NCBI GenBank assembly: GCA_964016885.1
Contig: OZ024740.1
Coordinates: 10,168,001 to 10,232,000, forward strand
Reading direction: 5' to 3'
DNA from: Eledone cirrhosa
Taxonomy: Eukaryota
DNA length: 64,000 nucleotides
In this document: in pieces, positions 40,501 through 54,500 of the stretch
Layout: every line of letters begins with the position of its first letter
Position numbering within the stretch: the stretch's first letter is position 1
Notes under the pieces: model-generated
Database searches by the model: none
The model's input: the letters and a program-made list of their open reading frames with translations, nothing else
Told to the model about the DNA's origin: nothing
Position numbers and translations under genes: made by a program

Positions 40501-42570
40501 TATATAGGGTTATAGTATAGAGTGTATATCGGTGTTATAGTATAGAGTGTATATAGGTGTTATAGTATAGAGTGTATATAGGTGTTATAGTATAGAGTGT
40601 ATATAGGTGTTATAGTATAGAGTTTATATAGGGTTATAGTATAGAGTTTATATAGGTGTTATAGTATAGAGTGTATATAGGTGTTATAGTATAGAGTGTA
40701 TATCGGTGTTATAGTATAGAGTATATATAGGTGTTATAATATAGAGTATATATAGGGTTATAGTATAGAGTGTATATAGGTGTTATAGTATAGAGTTTAT
40801 GTAGGTGTTATAGTATAGAGTGTTATAGTATAGAGTGTATATAGGTGTTATAGTATAGAGTGTATGTAGGTGTTATAGTATAGAGTGTTATAGTATAGAG
40901 TGTATATAGGTGTTATAGTATAGAGTGTATGTAGGTGTTATAGTATAGAGTGTTATAGTATAGAGTGTATATAGGTGTTATAGTATAGAGTGTATATCGG
41001 TGTTATTGTATAGAGTATATATAGGTGTCATAGTATAGAGTGTATGTAGGTGTTATAGTATAGAGTGTATATAGGGTTATAGTATAGAGTGTATATAGGT
41101 GTATAGTATAGAGTGTATATAGGGTTATAGTATAGAGTGTATATAGGGTTATAGTATAAAGTGTATATAGGGTTATAGTATAGAGTGTATATAGGGTTAT
41201 AGTATAGAGTGTATATAGGGTTATAGTATAGAGTGTATATAGGTGTTATAGTATAGAGTATATATAGGTGTTATAGTATAGAGTGTATATAGGTGTTATA
41301 GTATAAAGTGTATATAGGATTATAGTATAGAGTGTATATAGGGTTATAGTATAGAGTGTATATAGGGTTATAGTATAGAGTGTATATAGGATTATAGTAT
41401 AAAGTGTATATAGGGTTATAGTATAGAGTGTATATAGGTGTTATAGTATAGAATGTATATAGGGTTATAGTATAAAGTGTATATAGGGTTATAGTATAGA
41501 GTGTATATAGGTGTTATAATATAGAGTGTATATAGGGTTATAGTATAGAGTGTATATAGGTGTTATAGTATAGAGTGTATATAGGTGTTATAGTATAGAG
41601 TGTATATACGTGTTATAGTAGTGTGTATAGGTGTTATAGTATAGAGTGTATATAGGTGTTATAGTATAGAGTGTATATAGGTGTTATAGTATAGAGTGTA
41701 TATAGGTGTTATAGTATAGAGTGTATATAGGTGTTATAGTATAGAGTGTATATAGGTGTTATAGTATAGAGTGTGTATAGGTGTTATAGTATAGAGTGTA
41801 TATAGGTGTTATAGTATAGAGTGTATATAGGTGTTATAGTATAGAGTGTATATAGGTGTTATAGTATAGAGTGTATATAGGTGTTATAGTATAGAGTGTA
41901 TATAGGTGTTATAGTATAGAGTGTATATAGGTGTTATAGTATAGAGTGTATATAGGTGTTATAGTATAGAGTGTATATAGGTGTTATAGTATAGAGTGTA
42001 TATAGGGTTATAGTATAGAGTGTATATCGGTGTTATAGTATAGAGTGTATATAGGTGTTATAGTATAGAGTGTATATAGGTGTTATAGTATAGAGTGTAT
42101 ATAGGTGTTATAGTATAGAGTTTATATAGGGTTATAGTATAGAGTTTATATAGGTGTTATAGTATAGAGTGTATATAGGTGTTATAGTATAGAGTGTATA
42201 TCGGTGTTATAGTATAGAGTATATATAGGTGTTATAATATAGAGTATATATAGGGTTATAGTATAGAGTGTATATAGGTGTTATAGTATAGAGTTTATGT
42301 AGGTGTTATAGTATAGAGTGTTATAGTATAGAGTGTATATAGGTGTTATAGTATAGAGTGTATGTAGGTGTTATAGTATAGAGTGTTATAGTATAGAGTG
42401 TATATAGGTGTTATAGTATAGAGTGTATGTAGGTGTTATAGTATAGAGTGTTATAGTATAGAGTGTATATAGGTGTTATAGTATAGAGTGTATATCGGTG
42501 TTATTGTATAGAGTATATATAGGTGTCATAGTATAGAGTGTATGTAGGTGTTATAGTATAGAGTGTATAT
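39570..42570. repeat. Higher-order tandem duplication, 2 x 1498 bp
   Basis: GTGTATAG junction variant 39601/41099, ACGT followed by a 4-bp-deleted monomer 40110/41608, and GGTGTCA 41024/42522 all sit at offset 1498. Confidence 0.9.
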
Positions 42571-45500
42571 AGGTGTTATAGTATAGAGTTTATATAGGGT
42601 TATAGTATAGAGTTTATATAGGTGTTATAGTATAGAGTGTATATAGGTGTTATAGTATAGAGTGTATATCGGTGTTATAGTATAGAGTATATATAGGTGT
42701 TATAATATAGAGTATATATAGGGTTATAGTATAGAGTGTATATAGGTGTTATAGTATAGAGTTTATGTAGGGGGTATAGTATAGAGTATATATAGGTGTT
42801 ATAGTATAGAGTATATATAGGTGTTATAGTATAGAGTGTATATAGGTGTTATAGTATGGAGTGTATATAGGGTTATAGTATAGAGTGTATATAGGTGTTA
42901 TAATATAGAGTGTATATAGGTGTTATAGTATAGAGTATATATAGGTGTTATAGTATAGAGTGTATATAAGTGTTATAGTATAGAGTGTATATAGGTGTTA
43001 TAGTATAGAGTGTATATAGGGTTATAGTATAGAGTGTATATATGGTTATAGTATAGAGTGTATATAAGTGTTATAGTATAGAGTGTATATAGGGTTATAG
43101 TATAAAGTGTATATAGGGTTATAGTATAGAGTGTATATAGGGTTATAGTATAGAGTGTATATAGGTGTTATAGTATAGAGTGTATATAGGTGTTATAGTA
43201 TAGAGTATATATAGGTGTTATAATATAGTGTATATATAGGTGTTATAGTATAGAGTGTATATAGGGTTATAGTATAGAGTGTATATAGGTGTCATAGTAT
43301 AGAGTGTATATAGGTGTTATAGTATAGAGTGTATATAGGTCTTATAATATAGAGTGCATATAGGTGTTATAGTATAGAGTGTATATAGGGTTATAGTATA
43401 GAGTGTATATAGATGTTATAATATAGAGTGTATATAGGGTTATAGTATAGAGTGTGTATAGGTGTTATAGTATAGAGTGTATATAGGTGTTATAGTATAG
43501 AGTGTATATAGGTGTTATAGTATAGAGTGTATATAGGGTTATAGTATAGAGTGTATATAGGGTTATAGTATAGAGTGTATATAGGTGTTATAGTATATAG
43601 TGTATATAGGGTTATAGTATAGAGTGTATATAGGGTTATAGTATAGAGTGTATATAGGTGTTATAGTATAGAGTGTATATCGGGTTATAGTATAGAGTGT
43701 ATATAGGTTATAGTATAGAGTGTATATAGGTGTTATAGTATAGAGTGTATATAGGTGTTATAGTATAGAGTGTATATAGGGTTATAGTATAGAGTGTATA
43801 TAGGGTTATAATATAGAGTGTATATAGGTGTTATAGTATAGAGTGTATATAGGTGTTATAGTATAGAGTGTATATAGGGTTATAGTATAGAGTGTATATA
43901 GGGTTATAGTATAGAGTGTATATAGGTGTTATAGTATATAGTGTATATAGGGTTATAGTATAGAGTGTATATAGGGTTATAGTATAGAGTGTATATAGGT
44001 GTATAGTATAGAGTGTATATAGGGTTATAGTATAGAGTGTATATAGGGTTATAGTATAAAGTGTATATAGGGTTATAGTATAGAGTGTATATAGGGTTAT
44101 AGTATAGAGTGTATATAGGGTTATAGTATAGAGTGTATATAGGTGTTATAGTATAGAGTATATATAGGTGTTATAGTATAGAGTGTATATAGGTGTTATA
44201 GTATAAAGTGTATATAGGATTATAGTATAGAGTGTATATAGGGTTATAGTATAGAGTGTATATAGGGTTATAGTATAGAGTGTATATAGGGTTATAGTAT
44301 AAAGTGTATATAGGGTTATAGTATAGAGTGTATATAGGTGTTATAGTATAGAATGTATATAGGGTTATAGTATAAAGTGTATATAGGGTTATAGTATAGA
44401 GTGTATATAGGTGTTATAATATAGAGTGTATATAGGGTTATAGTATAGAGTGTATATAGGTGTTATAGTATAGAGTGTATATAGGTGTTATAGTATAGAG
44501 TGTATATACGTGTTATAGTATAGAGTGTGTATAGGTGTTATAGTATAGAGTGTATATAGGTGTTATAGTATAGAGTGTATATAGGTGTTATAGTATAGAG
44601 TGTATATAGGTGTTATAGTATAGAGTGTATATAGGTGTTATAGTATAGAGTGTATATAGGTGTTATAGTATAGAGTGTGTATAGGTGTTATAGTATAGAG
44701 TGTATATAGGTGTTATAGTATAGAGTGTATATAGGTGTTATAGTATAGAGTGTATATAGGTGTTATAGTATAGAGTGTATATAGGTGTTATAGTATAGAG
44801 TGTATATAGGTGTTATAGTATAGAGTGTATATAGGTGTTATAGTATAGAGTGTATATAGGTGTTATAGTATAGAGTGTATATAGGTGTTATAGTATAGAG
44901 TGTATATAGGGTTATAGTATAGAGTGTATATCGGTGTTATAGTATAGAGTGTATATAGGTGTTATAGTATAGAGTGTATATAGGTGTTATAGTATAGAGT
45001 GTATGTAGGTGTTATAGTATAGAGTGTTATAGTATAGAGTGTATATAGGTGTTATAGTATAGAGTGTATGTAGGTGTTATAGTATAGAGTGTTATAGTAT
45101 AGAGTGTATATAGGTGTTATAGTATAGAGTGTATGTAGGTGTTATAGTATAGAGTGTTATAGTATAGAGTGTATATAGGTGTTATAGTATAGAGTGTATA
45201 TAGGTGTTATAGTATAGAGTGTATATAGATGTTATAGTATAGAGTGTATATAGGTGTTATAGTATAGAGTGTATATAGGTGTTATAGTATAGAGTGTATA
45301 TAGGTGTTATAGTATAGAGTGTATATAGGGTTATAGTATAAAGTGTATATAGGGTTATAGTATAGAGTGTATATAGGGTTATAGTATAGAGTGTATATAG
45401 GGTTATAGTATAAAGTGTATATAGGTTTATAGTATAGAGTGTATATAGTGTTATAGTATAGAGTGTATATAGGGTTATAGTATAGAGTGTATATAGGTGT

Positions 45501-48500
45501 TATAGTATAGAGTGTATATAGGGTTATAGTATAGAGTGTATATAGGGTTATAGTATAGAGTGTATATAGGTGTTATAGTATAGAGTGTATATAGGGTTAT
45601 AGTATAGAGTGTATATTGGGTTATAGTATAGAGTGTATATAGGTGTTATAGTATAGAGTGTATATAGGTGTTATAGTATAGAGTGTATATAGGGTTATAG
45701 TATAGAATGTATATAGGGTTATAGTATAGAGTGTATATAGGTGTTATAGTATAGAGTGTATATAGGTGTTATAGTATAAAGTGTATATAGGGTTATAGTA
45801 TAAAGTGTATATAGGGTTATAGTATAGAGTGTATATAGGGTTATAGTATAGAGTGTATATAGGTGTTATAGTATAGAGTGTATATAGGGTTATAGTATAG
45901 AGTGTATATATGGTTATAGTATAAAGTGTATATAGGGTTATAGTATAGAGTGTTTATAGGGTTATAGTATAGAGTGTATATAGGGTTATAGTATAGAGTG
46001 TATATAGGTGTTATATTATAGAGTATATATAGGTGTTATAGTATAGAGTGTATATAGGTGTTATAGTATAAAATGTATATAGGATTATAGTATAGAGTGT
46101 ATATAGGGTTATAGTATAGAGTGTATATAGGGTTATAGTATAGAGTGTATATAGGGTTATAGTATAAAGTGTATATAGGGTTATAGTATAGAGTGTATAT
46201 AGGTGTTATAATATAGAGTGTATATTGGGTTATAGTATAGAGTGTGTATAGGTGTTATAGTATAGAGTGTATATAGGTGTTATAGTATAGAGTGTATATA
46301 GGTGTTATAGTATAGAGTGTATATAGGTGTTATAGTATAGAGTGTATATAGGTGTTATAATATAGAGTGTATATAGGTGTTATAGTATAGAGTGTATATA
46401 GGTGTTATAGTATAGAGTGTATATAGGTGTTATAGTATAGAGTGTATATAGGTGTTATAGTATAGAGTGTATATAGGTGTTATAGTATAAAGTGTATATA
46501 GGATTATAGTATAGAGTGTATATAGGGTTATAGAATAGAGTGTATATAGGGTTATAGTATAGAGTGTGTATAGGGTTATATTATAAAGTGTATATAGGGT
46601 TATAGTATAGAGTGTATATAGGTGTTATAGTATAGAGTGTATATAGGTGTTATAGTATAGAGTGTATATAGGGTTATAGTATAGAGTGTATATAGGTGTT
46701 ATAGTATAGAGTGTATATAGGTTTATAGTATAAAGTGTATATAGGGTTATAGTATAGAGTGTATATAGGTGTTATAATATAGAGTGTATATAGGGTTATA
46801 GTATAGAGTGTGTATAGGTGTTATAGTATAGAGTGTATATAGGTGTTATAGTATAGAGTGTATATAGATGTTATAGTATAGAGTGAATATAGGTGTTATA
46901 GTATAGAGTGTATATAGGTATTATAGTATTGAGTGTATATAGGTGTTATTGTTTAGAGTGTGTATAGGTGTTATAGTATAGAGTGTATATAGGTGTTATA
47001 GTATAGAGTGTATATAGGTGTTATAGTATAGAGTGTATATAGGTGTTATAGTATAGAGTGTATGTAGGTGTTATAGTATAGAGTGTATATAGGTGTTATA
47101 GTATAGAGTGTATGTAGGTGTTATAGTATAGAGTGTTGTAGTATAGAGTGTATATAGGTGTTATAGTATAGAGTGTATATATGTGTTATAGTATAGAGTG
47201 TATATCGGTGTTATAGTATAGAGTGTATATAGGTGTTATAGTATAGAGTGTATATAGGTGTTATAGTATAGAGTGTATATAGGTGTTATAGTATAGAGTG
47301 TATGTAGATGTTATAGTATAGAGTGTTGTAGTATAGAGTGTATATAGGTGTTATAGTATAGAGTGTATATAGGTGTTATAGTATAGAGTGTATATCGGTG
47401 TTATAGTATAGAGTGTATATAGGTGTTATAGTATAGAGTGTATATAGGTGTTATAGTATAGAGTGTATATAGGTGTTATAGTATAGAGTGTATATAGGTG
47501 TTATAGTATAGAGTGTATATAGGTGTTATAGTATAGAGTGTATATAGGGTTATAGTATAGAGTGTATATAGGGTTATAGTATAAAGTGTATATAGGTTTA
47601 TAGTATAGAGTGTATATAGGGTTATAGTATAGAGTGTATATAGGGTTATAGTATAGAGTGTATATAGGTGTTATAGTATAGAGTGTATATAGGGTTATAG
47701 TATAGAGTGTATATAGGTGTTATAGTATAGAGTGTATATAGGTGTTATAGTATAGAGTGTATATAGGTGTTATAGTATAGAGTGTATATAGGGTTATAGT
47801 ATAGAGTGTATATAGGGTTATAGTATAGAGTGTATATAGGTGTTATAGTATAGAGTGTATATAGGTGTTATAGTATAAAGTGTATATAGGGTTATAGTAT
47901 AAAGTGTATATAGGGTTATAGTATAAAGTGTATATAGGGTTATAGTATAGAGTGTATATAGGTGTTATAGTATAGAGTGTATATAGGTGTTATAGTATAG
48001 AGTGTATATAGGGTTATAGTATAGAGTGTATATAGGTGTTATAGTATAGAGTGTATATAGGGTTATAGTATAGAGTGTATATAGGGTTATAGTATAAAGT
48101 GTATATAGGGTTATAGTATAGAGTGTATATAGGTGTTATAGTATAGAGTGTATATAGGGTTATAGTATAAAGTGTATATAGGGTTATAGTATAGAGTGTA
48201 TATAGGGTTATAGTATAAAGTGTATATAGGGTTATAGTATAGAGTGTATATAGGTGTTATAATATAGAGTGTATATAGGGTTATAGTATAGAGTGTGTAT
48301 AGGTGTTATAGTATAGAGTGTATATAGGTGTTATAGTATAGAGTGTATATAGGTGTTATAGTATAGAGTGTATATAGGTGTTATAGTATAGAGTGTATAT
48401 AGGTGTTATAGTATAGAGTGTATATAGGTGTTATAGTATAGAGTGTATATCGGTGTTATAGTATAGAGTGTATATAGGTGTTATAGTATAGAGTGTATAT

Positions 48501-51500
48501 AGGTGTTATAGTATAGAGTGTATATAGGTGTTATAGTATAGAGTGTATATAGGTGTTATAGTATAGAGTGTATATAGGTGTTATAGTATAGAGTGTATAT
48601 CGGTGTTATTGTATAGAGTATATATAGGTGTTATAGTATAGAGTGTATATAGGTGTTATAGTATAGAGTGTATATAGGTGTTATAGTATAGAGTATATAT
48701 AGGTGTTATAATATAGAGTATATATAGGGTTATAGTATAGAGTGTATATAGGTGTTATAGTATAGAGTGTATATAGGTGTTATAGTATAGAGTGTATATC
48801 GGTGTTATAGTATAGAGTATATATAGGTGTTATAATATAGAGTATATATAGGGTTATAGTATAGAGTGTATATAGGTGTTATAGTATAGAGTGTATATAG
48901 GTGTTATAGTATAGAGTGTATATAGGTGTTATAGTATAGAGTGTATATAGGTGTTATAGTATAGAGTGTATATCGGTGTTATAGTATAGAGTATATATAG
49001 GTGTTATAATATAGAGTATATATAGGTGTTATAATATAGTGTATATATAGGTGTTATAGTATAGAGTGTATATAGGTGTTATAGTATAGAGTGTATGTAG
49101 GGGGTATAGCATAGAGTATATATAGGTGTTATAGTATAGAGTATATATAGGTGTTATAGTATAGAGTGTATATAGGTGTTATAGTATGGAGTGTATATAG
49201 GTGTTATAATATAGTGTATATATAGGTGTTATAGTATAGAGTGTATATAGGGTTATAGTATAGAGTGTATATAGGTGTTATAATATAGAGTGTATATAGG
49301 TGTTATAGTATAGAGTATATATAGGTGTTATAGTATAGAGTGTATATAGGTGTTATAGTATAGAGTATATATAGGTGTTATAATATAGTGTATATATAGG
49401 TGTTATAGTATAGAGTGTATATAGGGTTATAGTATAGAGTGTATATAGGTGTCATAGTATAGAGTGTATATAGGTGTTATAGTATAGAGTGTACATAGGT
49501 GTTATAATATAGAGTGTATATAGGTGTTATAGTATAGAGTGTATATAGGGTTATAGTATAGAGTGTATATAGGTGTTATAATATAGAGTGTATATAGGGT
49601 TATAGTATAGAGTGTGTATAGGTGTTATAGTATAGAGTGTATATAGGTGTTATAGTATAGAGTGTATATAGGTGTTATAGTATAGAGTGTATATAGGTGT
49701 CATAGTATAGAGTGTATATAGGGTTATAGTATAGAGTGTATATAGGTGTTATAGTATAGAGTGTATATAGGGTTATAGTATAGAGTGTATATAGGGTTAT
49801 AGTATAAAGTGTATATAGGGTTATAGTATAGAGTGTATATAGGGTTATAGTATAGAGTGTATATAGGGTTATAGTATAGAGTGTATATAGGTGTTATAGT
49901 ATAGAGTATATATAGGTGTTATAGTATAGAGTGTATATAGGTGTTATAGTATAAAGTGTATATAGGATTATAGTATAGAGTGTATATAGGGTTATAGTAT
50001 AGAGTGTATATAGGGTTATAGTATAGAGTGTATATAGGGTTATAGTATAAAGTGTATATAGGGTTATAGTATAGCGTGTATATAGGTGTTATAGTATAGA
50101 GTGTATATAGGGTTATAGTATAAAGTGTATATAGGGTTATAGTTATAGAGTGTATATAGGTGTTATAATATAGAGTGTATATAGGGTTATAGTATAGAGT
50201 GTGTATAGGTGTTATAGTATAGAGTGTATATAGGTGTTATAGTATAGAGTGTATATAGGTGTTATAGTATAGAGTGTATATAGGGTTATAGTATAGAGTG
50301 TATATAGGGTTATAGTATAGAGTGTATATAGGTGTTATAGTATAGAGTATATATAGGTGTTATAGTATAGAGTGTATATAGGTGTTATAGTATAAAGTGT
50401 ATATAGGATTATAGTATAGAGTGTATATAGGGTTATAGTATAGAGTGTATATAGGGTTATAGTATAGAGTGTATATAGTGTTATAGTATAAAGTGTATAT
50501 AGGGTTATAGTATAGAGTGTATATAGGTGTTATAGTATAGAGTGTATATAGGGTTATAGTATAAAGTGTATATAGGGTTATAGTATAGAATGTATACAGG
50601 GTTATAGTATAAAGTGTATATAGGGTTATAGTATAGAGTGTATATAGGTGTTATAATATAGAGTGTATATAGGGTTATAGTATAGAGTGTGTATAGGTGT
50701 TATAGTATAGAGTGTATATAGGTGTTATAATATAGAGTGTATATAGGTGTTATAGTATAGAGTGTATATAGGTGTTATAGTATAGAGTGTATATAGGTGT
50801 TATAGTATAGAGTGTATATAGGTGTTATAGTATAGAGTGTATATAGGTGTTATATTATAGAGTGTGTATAGGTGTTATAGTATAGAGTGTATATAGGTGT
50901 TATAGTATAGAGTGTAAATAGGTCTTATAGTATAGAGTGTATATAGGTGTTATAGTATAGAGTGTATGTAGGTGTTATAGTATAGAGTGTTATAGTATAG
51001 AGTGTATATAGGTGTTATAGTATAGAGTGTATATAGGTGTTATAGTATAGAGTGTATATAGGTGTTATAGTATAGAGTGTATATAGGTGTTATAGTATAG
51101 AGTGTATATAGGTGTTATAGTATAGAGTGTATATAGGTGTTATAGTATAGAGTGTATATCGGTGTTATAGTATAGAGTGTATATAGGTGTTATAGTATAG
51201 AGTGTATATAGGTGTTATAGTATAGAGTGTATATAGGTGTTATAGTATAGAGTGTATATCGGTGTTATAGTATAGAGTGTATATAGGTGTTATAGTATAG
51301 AGTGTATATAGGTGTTATAGTATAGAGTGTATATAGGTGTTATAGTATAGAGTGTATATAGGTGTTATAGTATAGAGGGTATATAGGTGTTATAGTATAG
51401 AGTGTATATAGGGTTATAGTATAGAGTGTATATAGGTGTTATTGTATAGAGTGTATATAGGTGTTATAGTATAGAGTGTATATAGGTGTTATAGTATAGA

Positions 51501-54500
51501 GTGTATATAGGTGTTATAGTATAGAGGGTATATAGGTGTTTATAGTATAGAGTGTATATAGGTGTTATAATATAGAGTGCATATAGGTGTTATAGTATAG
51601 AGTGTATATAGGGTTATAGTATAGAGTGTATATAGATGTTATAATATAGAGTGTATATAGGGTTATAGTATAGAGTGTATATAGGTGTTATAGTATAGAG
51701 TGTATATAGGTGTTATAGTATAGAGTGTATATCGGTGTTATAGTATAGAGTATATATAGGTGTTATAATATAGAGTATATATAGGGTTATAGTATAGAGT
51801 GTATATAGGTGTTATAGTATAGAGTATATATAGGTGTTATAATATAGAGTATATATAGGGTTATAGTATAGAGTGTATGTAGGGGGTATAGTATAGAGTA
51901 TATATAGGTGTTATAGTATAGAGTATATATAGGTGTTATAGTATAGAGTGTATATAGGTGTTATAGTATGGAGTGTATATAGGGTTATAGTATAGAGTGT
52001 ATATAGGTGTTATAATATAGAGTGTATATAGGTGTTATAGTATAGAGTATATATAGGTGTTATAGTATAGAGTGTATATAAGTGTTATAGTATAGAGTGT
52101 ATATAGGTGTTATAGTATAGAGTGTATATAGGTGTTATAGTATAGAGTGTATATAGGTGTTATAGTATAGAGTGTATATAGGGTTATAGTATAGAGTGTA
52201 TATAGGGTTATAGTATAGAGTGTATATAGGTGTCATAGTATAGAGTGTATATAGGTGTTATAGTATAGAGTGTATATAGGTGTTATAATATAGAGTGTGT
52301 ATATAGGTGTTATAGTATAGAGTATATATAGGTGTTATAGTATAGAGTGTATATAAGTGTTAAAGTATAGAGTGTATATAGGTGTTATAGTATAGAGTAT
52401 ATATAGGTGTTATAATATAGTGTATATATAGGTGTTATAGCATAGAGTGTATATAGGGTTATAGTATAGAGTGTATATAGGTGTCATAGTATAGAGTGTA
52501 TATAGGTGTTATAGTATAGAGTGTATATAGGTGTTATAATATAGAGTGTATATAGGTTTATAGTATAGAGTGTATATAGGGTTATAGTATAGAGTGTATA
52601 TAGGTGTTATAGTATAAAGTGTATATAGGTGTTATAATATAGAGTGTATATAGGGTTATAGTATAGAGTGTGTATAGGTGTTATAGTATAGAGTGTATAT
52701 AGGTGTTATAGTATAGAGTGTATATAGGTGTTATAGTATAGAGTGTATATAGGGTTATAGTATAGAGTGTATATAGGGTTATAGTATAGAGTGTATATAG
52801 GTGTTATAGTATAGAGTGTATATACGTGTTATAGTATAGAGTGTGTATCGGTGTTATAGTATAGAGTATATATAGATGTTATAATATAGAGTATATATAG
52901 GGTTATAGTATAGAGTGTATATAGGTGTTATAGTATAGAGTTTATGTAGGGGGTATAGTATAGAGTATATATAGGTGTTATAGTATAGAGTATATATAGG
53001 TGTTATAGTATAGAGTGTATATAGGGTTATAGTATAGAGTGTATATAGGGTTATAGTATAAAGTGTATATAGGGTTATAGTATAGAGTGTATATAGGTGT
53101 TATAATATAGAGTGTATATAGGTGTTATAGTATAGAGTATATATAGGTGTTATAGTATAGAGTGTATATAAGTGTTATAGTATAGAGTGTATATAGGTGT
53201 TATAGTATAGAGTGTATATAGGTGTTATAGTATAGAGTGTATATAGGTGTTATAGTATAGAGTATATATAGGTGTTATAATATAGTGTATATATAGGTGT
53301 TATAGTATAGAGTGTATATAGGGTTATAGTATAGAGTGTATATAGGTGTCATAGTATAGAGTGTATATAGGTGTTATAGTATAGAGTGTATATAGGTGTT
53401 ATAATATAGAGTGTATATAGGTGTTATAGTATAGAGTGTATATAGGGTTATAGTATAGAGTGTATATAGATGTTATAATATAGAGTGTATATAGGGGTTA
53501 TAGTATAGAGTGTGTATAGGTGTTATAGTATAGAGTGTATATAGGTGTTATAGTATAGAGTGTATATAGGTGTTATAGTATAGAGTGTATATAGGGTTAT
53601 AGTATAGAGTGTATATAGGGTTATAGTATAGAGTGTATATAGGTGTTATAGTATATAGTGTATATAGGGTTATAGTATAGAGTGTATATAGGGTTATAGT
53701 ATAGAGTGTATATAGGTGTTATAGTATAGAGTGTATATCGGGTTATAGTATAGAGTGTATATAGGTTATAGTATAGAGTGTATATAGGTGTTATAGTATA
53801 GAGTGTATATAGGTGTTATAGTATAGAGTGTATATAGGGTTATAGTATAGAGTGTATATAGGGTTATAATATAGAGTGTATATAGGTGTTATAGTATAGA
53901 ATGTATATAGGTGTTATAGTATAAAGTGTATATAGGGTTATAGTATAAAGTGTATATAGGGTTATAGTATAAAGTGTATATAGGGTTATAGTATAGAGTG
54001 TATATGGGTGTTATAGCATAGAGTGTATATAGGTGTTATAGTATAGAGTGTATATAGGGTTATAGTATAGAGTGTATATAGGTGTATAGTATAGAGTGTA
54101 TATAGGGTTATAGTATAGAGTGTATATAGGGTTATAGTATAAAGTGTATATAGGGTTATAGTATAGAGTGTATATAGGGTTATAGTATAGAGTGTATATA
54201 GGGTTATAGTATAGAGTGTATATAGGTGTTATAGTATAGAGTATATATAGGTGTTATAGTATAGAGTGTATATAGGTGTTATAGTATAAAGTGTATATAG
54301 GATTATAGTATAGAGTGTATATAGGGTTATAGTATAGAGTGTATATAGGGTTATAGTATAGAGTGTATATAGGGTTATAGTATAAAGTGTATATAGGGTT
54401 ATAGTATAGAGTGTATATAGGTGTTATAGTATAGAGTGTATATAGGGTTATAGTATAAAGTGTATATAGGGTTATAGTATAGAGTGTATATAGGTGTTAT

